DNA of 64,000 nt from Azolla caroliniana (GCA_043228905.1 JBHGNT010000010.1:21514001-21578000), one strand, 5' to 3'; positions 42,101 to 53,614 are shown, counted from the first letter of the stretch. A program made the numbers and translations. The notes: generated from the sequence alone by a model not told the origin.

Positions 42101-44789
42101 ACTAATAGAAGTTGTGATTAATTTCTTCGATGCCTCTCGTCTTTTGTTTCTCTTGACATTTTGTTGATGAACATGCGACAAATCATATAAGTAAAGGAGA
42201 TCAGGAAGGATAAAATTTGGAAAGGAAACATAACCAAAAAGGTGCTAGAACCAAAATAAACTAACGGTAAAGGAAAGAATAGATGGGTGGGAGAGGAAGC
42301 AAACCATATGCAGTACGTAACCAGCTATCTTTGTTTGAAATATAATTTATTTAGGCATTAAACTGTGAGTTATTTACCCAGTTTGAAAAGTACTGGCAAA
42401 CCTTTTTGGTAGCAAAGACGAATTGGAGGGTCATGTGCACTGATTCCATTCCATTTTTTCACAATTGGCAGCTAATAAGACAGTTCGACTATCAAGTACG
42501 GTGAACAATGCTCATTTCAATCCCAAGAGAGATGCAAATTGTGCGAGTCATCTCTCAACCATAGATGCTTATAATATCCCCCATGCAAATAATAGGGCTT
42601 TTCCACATCTCCTCTATTCTACCTCCCTTGATTAAACTTCTTCAATTGAGCCATAGATACTGTCCATGGCATCTGTTTCTCCATTTCCTCACTTTTTCGT
42701 TTTCCCTTGGCATTTGGCCCATGGCCCTACCTCAGTATGTTCCTTCGATTGCCCTACTATCACAACCTCCCTTTGTTATTGGTGATTTGACAACTTTTCT
42801 TCTACAACTTTCCTTGACTGAAGTTCAACATTCACATAAGGTAGCTCCAAGCATGCCATGCCTTCCGATGAGTTAGGAGGAGTAACTTACAATTGTTGAC
42901 AACTGTTTGAGAAATGCAAAAAAAGTTCTTGCCACAGCCATGCCATTTTGGGGTACACAAGTCAAAGCCAGCAAACCTTTTCCCCCAACTTCATTGTGCA
43001 GCATGCGGAGTTTGTTGTATCAAAATTCCTACTAATGTTAATAAAATTATTAAGGTTTCATCTCAATTTTGCAGGTATTTACGATTGGAGCTTTTGGAAG
43101 GAATTGTAGCTTTTCATTGTGGACGGTTTGAAGCCGCTGAAAAATTACTGCGTTCTGCTCAGACCAAGTACAACCAAGTATTTACTACTATGTTCTTCTC
43201 TAACATCAAATGTGGAATAGGCGTCAAATAGAAGCACTATAAGTCCTTTTATTTCGAATGCCAAATTATTTGTTTGATTAGGATAAGTCTTGATTTGGAA
43301 AGATGTTGTAAGGTTATTCTTGGAAATATTAATATTAGGGATCCATTAATATTTGTTCTCGACCATAAATCTATCATCAATTAACTGTTGGGGGTGCATC
43401 CTGCATAAATGTGTACAAAAAGAATTTCATTCATTAACTCTCACAATATAAAGATTTCATTTGACTGCAAATGTTTTAGTGCACAAGTTTCTCTGGCTGA
43501 ATGATGCTTACTACTGTGCAGCTTCACGTGTTGGATGAGTCTTTGGCTTTTCTCACTGAATTGGGATTCAGTGTAAAGGAATCAACTAGGGCATTGAGGA
43601 TATCTGAACAGAACGTGGATAGAGCTATTGATTTTGCTACCCAAGAGAGGAGCAAGGAGCTGAAAAGGCAAGAAGAGGATAGGCAGCATGCCCAACAACG
43701 CAGGTGAATGTAACATGATGTAGCTCAGTTCTCATTGTTAGCTATATCTAGATGCATACCACACAAGAATAATTGTTATATATTGGAGAGGAGGGTGGTA
43801 TACATCCATGTCTTAACCTGATGTATTTATTATTTTGACATGCTATATTTTGATAGGGAATTGAAACAGTATGGTAGGACGGCAACAGGGAAGGTTATTG
43901 AGCTTCTGAAGCTTGATGAACTATTATCCATTGGGTAAGCCATGATACTGGCTTATATCTCATGCCATGTGGACCAAGTCTTGTTCATTGTTTCAAATAT
44001 GATGAGTAATGTTCTATATGGTTGGTTCTAGATATGAGAAACGGTTGGCTGCAGAAACTCTTCGTCAGACAGATAACAACCTAGAAACAGCTTTGGACAT
44101 TCTTACTGATCCCACAAGAAATACAGCAATGCAGGTAATAATGTCTTTAGATCATGAGCCTGGAAGCATATAATGTGGAAAGATTATTAATTGAGTTCAG
44201 TTAATGGGGTTATTTTCAGTCCTCAATAATATGTAAAAGGAAACGAACACAAACAGAAGTGGACAATGAAGCATTGCTGCAGCTACTCGTAATGGGGTTT
44301 GAAGAACGTCAAGGTATAAGTAAATGACTGTGTTTGGCGTTATTATTTCTATCTGGCATATAAAAAGTCTAACATAGTGATTGGATAGCAATTCGGGCTC
44401 TCCGGAATACATCTAATCTGAATGAGGCATTAACCCAACTTCTTCAAGGTTCATCATCAGGCCCGACAATTGAAATGGGGAATGCTTCATCAAGCTCCCA
44501 TGAAATTAGTGTGATTACTGCAAACACAAATGAGGAGAAAGTTGATGCAGCTGTCAATGGGAAAAATAGTGTTGAGGATGAGGACGAGGGCAATGAGGAT
44601 GAAGAAGAAGAAGAAGAAGAGGAAGAAGATGACAACGAAGAAGAATATGGAAGGGACAGAGAAATGGAAGAATATATTGCTGGGAACATTACTGGAGATC
44701 AGCTGGCAGCATATGACCTTGATATCGAATTGGAGGGCAAAGCATTATTTGAGTATTTGGACATGCTTAAATCAAGGATGAATGAGTGA
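39179..44789 (+). CDS. NUB1: NUB1 (NEDD8 ultimate buster 1)-like UBL-UBA protein; exons 39179-39510, 40596-40718, 41038-41134, 41260-41295, 41379-41566, 43075-43177, 43522-43703, 43857-43934, 44032-44134, 44220-44313, 44389-44789
   Basis: N-terminal UBL (NAICAGKILKD..VGVKPNSKILM); ENQSG..DDRKALMLGLMLH; DNVAFLQLDTVWCYF; YLRLELLEGIVAFH; three UBA-like repeats (ELGFS, SIGYE, VMGFE); acidic tail and AAYDLDIELEG. Confidence 0.9.
41660..42160. mobile_element. Fold-back / MITE-like long inverted repeat in NUB1 intron 5
   Basis: The reverse complement of ~41925-42160 matches ~41660-41885 (e.g. GGAATCATTGAA..CCTATGG.CACTCA, ATCCTGTGAAG..GAGGGAAAT, TCATCAACAAG). Confidence 0.75.
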
Positions 44790-46075
44790 CATTATTCAAT
44801 CATACAATGACCTTTATAAATATGCGATCGATGTAAACATACACTGCAAAGATGGAAATCTTGTAGCTCTTAAGGTAGGCAACGTTTATGTTGGCTTTTA
44901 CCTCCTTTTACCTCTTTTTCTTCGCTTGGCATAAATATTCAAGTTGACGCCCTTTGTTTGGTCGTGAAGAATTGGCCATCCTTATACATGTAAAAATATG
45001 GAAGTGAAACAATTTCTGAATACAATTTCCTTTTCTCTGAGATTAAATAAAAACTACGGGCACATCTTATATACTAGGAGAAACGACTTCTGAACAATAA
45101 TTATGTCTGAATCTGTATGTGGTTCAGCGGTTGATAATCCAAACTATATTGATCATGGTCTGTAGTAAGTGGTTTCTTTTACCATTCATTCATGATTCTG
45201 TGGAATGTGATCTCGTTTACAGTTGGTTGAAGTAAATGATGAGAGTCATGTGTTGAATTTTCTTCCTTAACGTAGATCCATGATATAATTTGAAACCTTC
45301 AATCCAGAAACCTCAAACTCTAAATTCTTAAACTAGAGTGTGAACAAAGAACTGGAACAAAATATAGTTCCACAGAAGTTGATTAGAAGGCCCATATAGA
45401 GAAAGGTAACATATCACCAGCATCAGATAGAAACACGCAATAGTCAAAGAGAAGTTAATTGAGCATATATATATATATATTTTGGAAGGCATCAAAATAG
45501 AATACAAATAAACCTAGAAAAACCTTTTAAATTATCCAATTGCAGAACAAAAATGAAGGATATCATCATAGTAAAAGGTGTATAGAAGTGCTACTTCAAA
45601 TTCATCATACTTAAGTTCAAAATCGCAACAGATTCCTTTGTTTTGTTAGGCACCCATATTACAGCGTATTTCAAGCATTAACATAGCGCTGACTTGTTCA
45701 TAAAATTTTCTTGTTTGTGCAAATTCTTAGATGGCCTTTATGAGAGTACACTCAGAACTTGTAAAAAATAAAAGAAATAGGCATGATATTACTTAGCTAC
45801 ATATTGCATTTTGCAAAACAACCAACAAGAAACAATAATTAAAAATGAAAGGTGTTCTAACTCAGCTAGACTCACAATTTCTTCAACTGAATCACTGAAT
45901 ACAAGCCACTCTGCGAAAAAAAAGAGACCATATATATTTGCAGCTGAGGGCTTGTATGATTGTTTAGGCATTATAACAATCATTTCTTTCCACTGCATTA
46001 TATGATCACTTTTCCGACTGCAATTCGAACTTTTACGCGAATAATGAAGATCCCCCAAAAAAACTAAGCTTAAAC

Positions 46076-47485
46076 TTATTGTTTATCTGCTAAAGTATCT
46101 GTTTTCTCGTTGTCTTCTTCTTTTTCTTCTGGAATGGCATCTACACTTTCAATGACTTCGATGGAAGCTTCAATATCCTCTTTTACATCACTTTCTTTCT
46201 CACTGACGTCCTCTGAAATGACCCCATTTGGAGTATCTTGCTTTTCTACTACCACTTGTTCATCAATCTCCTTTGAGATTGTCCCATTTATGACATCAAC
46301 TACCTGTTCTTTCTCTGAGTTGCTTTCTATTTGCTTTTTCTTCTCGGCCAAATAGCTCGAGATTGATTCATTCTTACGAAATGCTAGCTCAAAAGGATTA
46401 GTAGCTCTCTCTGCGACATCCTTGTTCAAATCCTCATTGATCTTATCATAATTCACTTCTTGTTTAGTGGTAAGAGTAACTCTACCCCTCTCAATACGAA
46501 GGACTCTAACAGTAACTTCCTGTCCCGTTTGGAAGTGGTTTTCTAGGGAGGTATTCGGACCCCGGAAAATCACCTCTCCGACCGGCAAGTAGCCATCGGT
46601 CCCATCGGGAAGGGTAAGGAAAACCCCCGATCTTATCATGTTCTTTACAATACCTGTCACAATTTCTCCTTTCTTCATCTTTGTCGATGTGGAGGGGGTT
46701 TTATTTCTTCTTCTCGGAGTCGAAGAAGATGATGACGACGACGAAGAAGACAAACCTCGTTGTAGGTTATTTTGTCCTTCTTTCCCTTCTTCTTCTTGTT
46801 CTTCTTCTTTCCCTTCTTCTCCCATAAGCATTAGGGAGATTCTCTTTGCGGTGAAATCGACATCCACGATTTTCACGTTCACTTCTTGGCCAATCTGGAC
46901 AACGTCTTCTACTTTCTTCACGAATCCTTTACTAAGCTTAGAGATGTGAACAAGGCCATTTGTGAAAGCACCCAAATCAATAAAAGCTCCAAATGTTTGG
47001 ATTGCAGAGACTTTACCAGAGAAAACAGCTCCAGGGACAAGTTCTTCATTACTCACAACAAGGGCCTTATTATTATTTCTATTGAAATTTCGTCTCGCTT
47101 GAGTTTTGGGTTCTTCTGAAACACTTACCTCCTCAATAGTTGAAGGATCCACAGCTATGGAAGAAGACTCAGTAGTTTCTTCTCCTCTTTCGACCTCATC
47201 CTGTTCTGCTTCACTTGAATTAATGATAGGTTCTTCTACAGTTATAACCTCCTCCCCTGAAGCAAAGACCCTGCTCCAAGTATATGGGTAGTCTACATTA
47301 TTCCTTTTGTATATTTTCCCTGAGTAGGACAATGGCTTCTTGATGAAGGTTCCCGCAAAGAAGACTGTGGTAGACATAGCTACACAGGACGATTCTCTCT
47401 GCTTTAATGTCGATTTTGATGGAGAAGCATAGCTCAGCAATTGAACTGTGGTGGAAGGAGGGCAGAGTAGAATTGCTGGACCCAT
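46076..47485 (-). CDS. Plastid-targeted protein with two S1 RNA-binding domains, homologous to the PSRP-7 (N-terminal) half of the PETs/EF-Ts polyprotein; 469 aa, single coding exon
   Basis: Transit-peptide-like N-terminus; S1 #1 VSNEELVPGAVFSGKVSAIQTFGAFIDLGAFTNGLVHISKLS; S1 #2 KGEIVTGIVKNMIRSGVFLTLPDGTDGYLP..GQEVTVRVLRIERGRVTLT; ATNPFELAFRKN; acidic tail; no EF-Ts domain. Confidence 0.8.
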   Translation of the reverse strand: MGPAILLCPPSTTVQLLSYASPSKSTLKQRESSCVAMSTTVFFAGTFIKKPLSYSGKIYKRNNVDYPYTWSRVFASGEEVITVEEPIINSSEAEQDEVERGEETTESSSIAVDPSTIEEVSVSEEPKTQARRNFNRNNNKALVVSNEELVPGAVFSGKVSAIQTFGAFIDLGAFTNGLVHISKLSKGFVKKVEDVVQIGQEVNVKIVDVDFTAKRISLMLMGEEGKEEEQEEEGKEGQNNLQRGLSSSSSSSSSSTPRRRNKTPSTSTKMKKGEIVTGIVKNMIRSGVFLTLPDGTDGYLPVGEVIFRGPNTSLENHFQTGQEVTVRVLRIERGRVTLTTKQEVNYDKINEDLNKDVAERATNPFELAFRKNESISSYLAEKKKQIESNSEKEQVVDVINGTISKEIDEQVVVEKQDTPNGVISEDVSEKESDVKEDIEASIEVIESVDAIPEEKEEDNEKTDTLADKQ

Positions 47486-48272
47486 ATTAGAAACCTGTGG
47501 TTTCGTCTGCTTATTCTTCTCCTGCTGCTGCTAACACAGACGAAAAAGAAAGAAGAAGACCGATTTGTCACAAGAAGAAGAAGCATAAAAACACCATAGC
47601 TAAAACAGAGGGAGGGGAAGAGAGAGACACTGGAGGTAGCCTTGTTCACACCTTGTAGTGTTGTTATATTGGATAAGATGTTTCGATTTTCTCTCTTTAT
47701 TTTTCATTGTGGCGGTATGATGCCATATATGTTACATATATGATATATTTATATACATATACATACTTCACAAAATGTTGGTCACGTGGTTCATTCTTAC
47801 CCCAATTCCATTTCCATATGTTTGGTTCGTCACAGTTTCGAAGTCCTCTTAAACAAATGCCTCGGGATGATATGTTGCCCATTGTTTGTTCGAGGATACG
47901 CATGGTTCAAGCCCTCTTAAACAAAAAGACCTTTGGCAATAAGTGTGGATGCAATATATTTTGCTTCGATGGAGGAGAGGGCGACGATGGCTTGCTTTTT
48001 CATATGCCATGCTGTTGCAACACCTACAAAAAGTAAACAAAAAAACCCAGTGTGGAACCAGATGAATCACCTACATGACGGGTATTGGAGTTGTTTACCC
48101 CAAATTGCCTTATAAGTAAGTAACATATTCCATGTGTACTTTTAAGTATCGTAGTAATAGTTTGAGTGCATTCCAATGATAATGTCTGGAATTTCCATGA
48201 ATATTGAGAGAAAGCCGGTTGAAAATGACAAGTTCAGTCCTGTAAGGGCAGGAGGCTCCCTAATACTTGGAG

Positions 48273-51200
48273 TGTAAGGAATAGACGCTTCTATTCACCT
48301 TCTTCCCTCGGCCACAACCGAGTAATCGCGGATCAATGCAGCAGAAAATAAGAACCACACGAAAGAATCAAAGACGCGAGTACACAGGGATTAACGTGGA
48401 AAACCCAGGCGGGAAAAACCACGGGAGTACAAGACTCCAACGCAACACTATACAGAGAAGTATACAATGGCGAGCTGCAAGGAGACGACCTTGAGCTCGC
48501 TGTCCTCGCCACAGGCGGCGGAAGTACACAGAGGCGTCTACCTCTTCATCTTTCGCGCTCTATCTCTCTCTCTCTCTCTCACGGCTGCTTACACTTCACT
48601 CCTCTTGAGTGGAAAAACAGAAAAATGAGAAGCAACTACAAAACTGTTTGCCCTAAGTCATATTTATACTTATATGAATTTGGGCTATTTACAACTGTAG
48701 CCTCAGGGGCCCATAGCGAACATATTCACGGATATGTCCCTGCATCCGGATCGCTCTCCGGGTACATTCGTCATCCGGTACCGAAACCGGGGTCTTCGTC
48801 ATCCGGATCCGAAACCGAAACCGGGCTTGTCGGCATTCATCTCCGATATCCGACCATCCCATGCGAAGGGACCGTAATCCCAACAAACTCCCCCTTCACT
48901 TCGGCATGGGATGTCTCTTCAATCCGATCCTCTTCCGGCATGCTTCCAGCTTGTCGGGTGTGAGGACCTTGGTCAGCATATCCGACCCGTTCTCGTCCGT
49001 GTGGATCTTTGTCAGCACGAACTCCTTGTCTTCTATCCTTTCCCGGATCCAGTGATATCTTCGCTGGATGTGCTTCGTCCGGGAGTGATAGGCCGCGTTC
49101 TTCGCAAGGTGGATTGCACTCTGACTGTCGCAGTAGAGTCGGTACTCCTCCTGTTGGATACCGAGCTCTCTAATGAAGTCCTTCATCCATATTATTTCCT
49201 TGCCGGCTTCAACAACCGCCATGTACTCCGCCTCCGTGGTTGACAACGCAACCGTCTTCTGCAGCCTCGACTGCCATGAAACAGCTCCCCCTGCATACGT
49301 CATCACATACCCTGATGTGGACCGGTTGGTATCTGCATCAGCCGACATATCCGAATCGGTGAAACCGTCGAGTTCGGGTTTACCGGAGCCGAATCGGAGG
49401 CACACATTAGCTGTGCCCTTCAGGTATCGGAGTATCCACTTGACCGCGTTCCAATGCTCTTTGCCGGGATTGCTCATGTACCGGCTCACCACTCCGACTG
49501 CATATCCGATATCCGGTCTCGTACACACCATGGCGTACATCAAGCTCCCGACGGCTGAGGCATACGACACTTTCATCATATCCTCCTTTTCAGCCTTTGT
49601 CTTGGGACTTTGCTTGCTGGACAGCTTGCAGTTTGTCGGGAGGGTCGATCCGACCGGTCTTGCTTCCGACATGTTGAACCGGTGAAGCACCTTCGTCACG
49701 TACTTCTCCTGTGACAGCCACAACTGCTTCTTCTTCCGGTCCTGGATGATGTGCATCCCTAGTATTTGCCTCGCCGGACCCAGGTCCTTCATTGAGAAGG
49801 TTCGGTGAAGAGCCTTCTTCAGCATCCGTATCTTGACCTGGTCCCGTCCGACGATCAACATGTCGTCCACGTACAGGAGGAGTATTAGAAAATCTCCTCC
49901 TTCGAACTTCTTCACAAACACGCAATGGTCGGACTGCGTTTTGAGGTACCCTTCGTCGGTCATGAAGGAGTCGAACTTCCGGTACCATTGCCGGGGAGCC
50001 TGCTTCAGTCCGTAAAGGCTCTTCTTCAACCGGCATACCAGGTGCTCCTTCCCTTTCTTCTCGAATCCTTCCGGTTGCTGCATGTAGATCTCTTCTTCGA
50101 GGTCACCGTGAAGGAATGCCGTCTTCACGTCCATCTGTTCTACCTCGAGGTCCATGCTTGCCGCTATGCTCAGCACCGTCCGGATGGAGGTCATCTTCAC
50201 TACCGGGGCAAATATTTCGTCGAAGTCGACGCCCTTCTTCTGCTGAAACCCCTTCACCACAATCCTGGCTTTGTATCTCGGGGGGTTTCCGGCATCTCCC
50301 GGTTTCAGCTTGAACACCCACTTGTTTCGAAGTGCCCGCTTTCCTTTCGGCAACTCCACAAGTTCATATGTGTGGTTCTCATGCAGGGAATCCATCTCGT
50401 CCTGCATGGCACTCAACCACCTGCGGCTCTGGGTGTCGTGCTTTGCTTCTTCAAAGCTCTCCGGCTCCCCCTCGTCGGTTAGCAGCACGTGCTCTGGTTC
50501 CGGAAATCTCCGGGGGGCCCTTCTCTCTCTTAGAGGATATCTCCGTTCCGGAGCTTCGGTAACCGGTTCCTCCGATTCTTCTTCTTCATCCGAATCCATT
50601 TCGGGATCGGGGCCGGTTCCGGTATCATTTTCATCTTCTTCGGCCGGTTCTGTTTCTTCACCGTCTTCGGCCGGGTCCTCGAGTGCTAACCGGTCCCTTG
50701 CCGGTCGGGACTGCTCCTCGTAGAGTTTATCCTCACCGGTCGACTTGGAGCTCTTCATCTTCTTCTCCGACTCCCAGTCGGCGAGTGTCTTGTCCTCCAT
50801 GAAGATGATATCTCGACTCCTGAATATCTTCTTGTCGACCGGATCCCATACTCGGTAGCCGAACTCGTCGTCGCCGTAACCGAGGAATATGCATGGCCGG
50901 GTCTTTGGATCTAGCTTTCCTCTCCGGTCCTTTGCCACATGCACGTATGCGAGACACCCGAACACCTTCAGATGCCGGTAGGACACTTCCTTACCGGTCC
51001 ACACTTTCTGCGGTGTGTCTCCGTCCAAAGGTACTGAGGGTGATCTGTTTATCACGTATGTCGCCGTCGACATTGCCTCAGCCCAAAACCCCTTGGGTAA
51101 TTTCGCATGCGCCAGCATACTCCGGACCCTCTCCATTATGGTCCGGTTCATCCTCTCGGCCAGCCCGTTTAGTTCCGGCGTCTTCGGCACAGTAAACTCG

Positions 51201-53614
51201 AGCCGGATTCCCTTCGAGCGACAGTACTCCTGGAACTGCCCCCGGTATTCCCCTCCGTTATCCGCTCGTATCGCTTTCAGCTTCTTGCCGGATTCCCTTT
51301 CCACTCTCGCGTGGAGTTCTTTGAAGATGGACAACACTTGGTCCTTTGTCTTCAACGGCGCCGTCCACAGCTTCCGGCTGTGATCATCAATGAAAGTCAC
51401 GAAGTACTGGGCTCCGCCATGTGACTTCGTTTCTACCTGACACACATCCGTGTGCACCAACTCCAATGGTGCGCTACGTCTCGTCGGTGGCCTTGAGTGG
51501 AAGGAGGTTCGGTTCTGCTTACCGGCCAGGCAATCGGTGCACTTCTCCAGGTGCACATGCTTTACTGGAATAAGGTTGTCTTCTGCAAGCCTCTTCATCC
51601 CCTTCTCACTCATGTGGCACAGTCTTTTGTGCCACAGCTCACCGGCAGTGTCGGCTGCCACATTCAGCTCTTCCGGACACAACCAGGCATTCATAAGGTA
51701 CAGTGTGTTGACTTTCCGGGCCCGAGCCACTATCAGGCTTCCCTTGCTGAACTTCATTACGCCGTTCCGGATGCTACCTGTGTAGCCTTCATCGTCTAGC
51801 CTCCCGGCCGAAATCAGGTTCAATCTAACCTCCGGAACGTGTCGGACATCCTTCAGCAGCATTTTGCATCCGGTCGGGGTTGTCAACCATACGTCTCCTA
51901 TGCCGGCAATCCGGCACGTACCTTCATTTCCCATCCGAACACAGCCATGCTCGCCGGCTGTGTAGGATGAGAAGTATCTTCTCTCCGGGGTCAGGTGGAA
52001 CGATGCTCCGGAATCGACCACCCAGGTCGTCTCATCGCCGGCAATGTTTAGTTCACCTTCTTCGGTGATGAGCATGATCTCCTCTTCACTTGCCGCGAGT
52101 GCCGTTGTTCCTTTCCGGTCCTGTCCTCGCCGATCCGAACCATTTCGGTCCGTGGCTCCCCGGTATGCACCGTTTCTCTCCGGTGACTTCTTCGAATCGG
52201 TGTTGTCGGTTCCATTGTCCTTTCGGTAATGCCGACAATTCTTTCGGAAGTGCCCCGGCTTCCCACAGTGGAAGCATGTGGGCCTTCCTCTTGACTGCGA
52301 CCGGGTCCCCGACTTCTCCCGTCTTTGCGGACTCCGGTTCCATTGTCTTCCCCGATCCGATTCGGTAAACAACATCTTCGGGTCGGAGGCCGGTTCCTTA
52401 TCTCTCCGACGCGCTTCTTCATTCAAAATACTTGTCTTTACCGTTTGTAAGGACAAGTTATCTTCGGTGCAGGAGGTGCTGAGAGTCACCACCAAGTTCT
52501 CCCAGCTTTCTGGCAATGTACACATCAGGATGATGGCTTGCATTGCATCCTCCAACGGGAACTTAATCGCCGCAAGCTGGTTCACGAATCCCATGAACGT
52601 GCTTACGTGTTCAACCATACTCTCGCCGTCCCGGTACTTGAGGTTCACTATCTTCCTCATCAGGGAGGTCCGGTTCAACGCATTCTTCCTCTCGTAGAGG
52701 CCCGACAGCTTCTTCCACATCTCATATGCGTTGGTGTCGTTCGCCACATGTTGTAGGACGCTTACATCGACATATTGTCGGATCGTCGCTACGGCTTTCC
52801 GGTTCAGGAGCTTCCACTCCGACTCAAGTACCCCCTTCGGTATTTCCGACCTGTCAATCGGTTCGTACAGGTCCCGAACAATCAGAAGATCCTCCATCTT
52901 GATCTTCCAGTCGGCGTAATTCTGTGCATTCAGCACCATCATCATCGGCTGCCCGCTGCCGCCGCCTTCCATTTTCTGCAACAGTCGCTCTGATACCAGT
53001 TTGTAAGGGATAGACGCTTCTATTCACCTTCTTCCCTCGGCCACAACCGAGTAATCGCGGATCAATGCAGCAGAAAATAAGAACCACACGAAAGAATCAA
53101 AGACGCGAGTACACAGGGATTAACGTGGAAAACCCAGGCGGGAAAAACCACGGGAGTACAAGACTCCAACGCAACACTATACAGAGAAGTATACAATGGC
53201 GAGCTGCAAGGAGACGACCTTGAGCTCGCTGTCCTCGCCACAGGCGGCGGAAGTACACAGAGGCGTCTACCTCTTCATCTTTCGCGCTCTATCTCTCTCT
53301 CTCTCTCTCACGGCTGCTTACACTTCACTCCTCTTGAGTGGAAAAACAGAAAAATGAGAAGCAACTACAAAACTGTTTGCCCTAAGTCATATTTATACTT
53401 ATATGAATTTGGGCTATTTACAACTGTAGCCTCAGGGGCCCATAGCGAACATATTCACGGATATGTCCCTGCATCCGGATCGCTCTCCGGGTACATTCGT
53501 CATCCGGTACCGAAACCGGGGTCTTCGTCATCCGGATCCGAAACCGAAACCGGGCTTGTCGGCATTCATCTCCGATATCCGACCATCCCATGCGAACGGA
53601 CCGTAATCCCAACA
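48273..53614 (-). mobile_element. Intact, very recent Ty1/Copia LTR retrotransposon (Tork/Tnt1-like)
   Basis: 613-bp LTRs at 48273-48885 and 53002-53614, TG..CA, only 2 mismatches seen by eye; TSD TGGAG (48268-48272 / 53615-53619); tRNA-iMet PBS TGGTATCAGAGC (rc 52987-52998); PPT rc 48886-48897. Confidence 0.98.
48896..52972 (-). CDS. Uninterrupted Gag-Pol polyprotein (1358 aa from ATG 52972)
   Basis: Zn knuckle CFHCGKPGHFRKNC; protease WVVDSGAS; HKRLCH..CTDC; integrase VHTDV / ADNGGEY / AER; RT LYVDDM; RNase H GFTDSD, TEAEY, YCDSQ. Copia domain order. Confidence 0.97.
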   Translation of the reverse strand: MEGGGSGQPMMMVLNAQNYADWKIKMEDLLIVRDLYEPIDRSEIPKGVLESEWKLLNRKAVATIRQYVDVSVLQHVANDTNAYEMWKKLSGLYERKNALNRTSLMRKIVNLKYRDGESMVEHVSTFMGFVNQLAAIKFPLEDAMQAIILMCTLPESWENLVVTLSTSCTEDNLSLQTVKTSILNEEARRRDKEPASDPKMLFTESDRGRQWNRSPQRREKSGTRSQSRGRPTCFHCGKPGHFRKNCRHYRKDNGTDNTDSKKSPERNGAYRGATDRNGSDRRGQDRKGTTALAASEEEIMLITEEGELNIAGDETTWVVDSGASFHLTPERRYFSSYTAGEHGCVRMGNEGTCRIAGIGDVWLTTPTGCKMLLKDVRHVPEVRLNLISAGRLDDEGYTGSIRNGVMKFSKGSLIVARARKVNTLYLMNAWLCPEELNVAADTAGELWHKRLCHMSEKGMKRLAEDNLIPVKHVHLEKCTDCLAGKQNRTSFHSRPPTRRSAPLELVHTDVCQVETKSHGGAQYFVTFIDDHSRKLWTAPLKTKDQVLSIFKELHARVERESGKKLKAIRADNGGEYRGQFQEYCRSKGIRLEFTVPKTPELNGLAERMNRTIMERVRSMLAHAKLPKGFWAEAMSTATYVINRSPSVPLDGDTPQKVWTGKEVSYRHLKVFGCLAYVHVAKDRRGKLDPKTRPCIFLGYGDDEFGYRVWDPVDKKIFRSRDIIFMEDKTLADWESEKKMKSSKSTGEDKLYEEQSRPARDRLALEDPAEDGEETEPAEEDENDTGTGPDPEMDSDEEEESEEPVTEAPERRYPLRERRAPRRFPEPEHVLLTDEGEPESFEEAKHDTQSRRWLSAMQDEMDSLHENHTYELVELPKGKRALRNKWVFKLKPGDAGNPPRYKARIVVKGFQQKKGVDFDEIFAPVVKMTSIRTVLSIAASMDLEVEQMDVKTAFLHGDLEEEIYMQQPEGFEKKGKEHLVCRLKKSLYGLKQAPRQWYRKFDSFMTDEGYLKTQSDHCVFVKKFEGGDFLILLLYVDDMLIVGRDQVKIRMLKKALHRTFSMKDLGPARQILGMHIIQDRKKKQLWLSQEKYVTKVLHRFNMSEARPVGSTLPTNCKLSSKQSPKTKAEKEDMMKVSYASAVGSLMYAMVCTRPDIGYAVGVVSRYMSNPGKEHWNAVKWILRYLKGTANVCLRFGSGKPELDGFTDSDMSADADTNRSTSGYVMTYAGGAVSWQSRLQKTVALSTTEAEYMAVVEAGKEIIWMKDFIRELGIQQEEYRLYCDSQSAIHLAKNAAYHSRTKHIQRRYHWIRERIEDKEFVLTKIHTDENGSDMLTKVLTPDKLEACRKRIGLKRHPMPK

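Noticed and set aside
48911-52993. Many overlapping plus-strand ORFs within the young Copia
   Set aside because: Antisense shadows of a GC-rich ORF with few stop codons; no recognisable domains.
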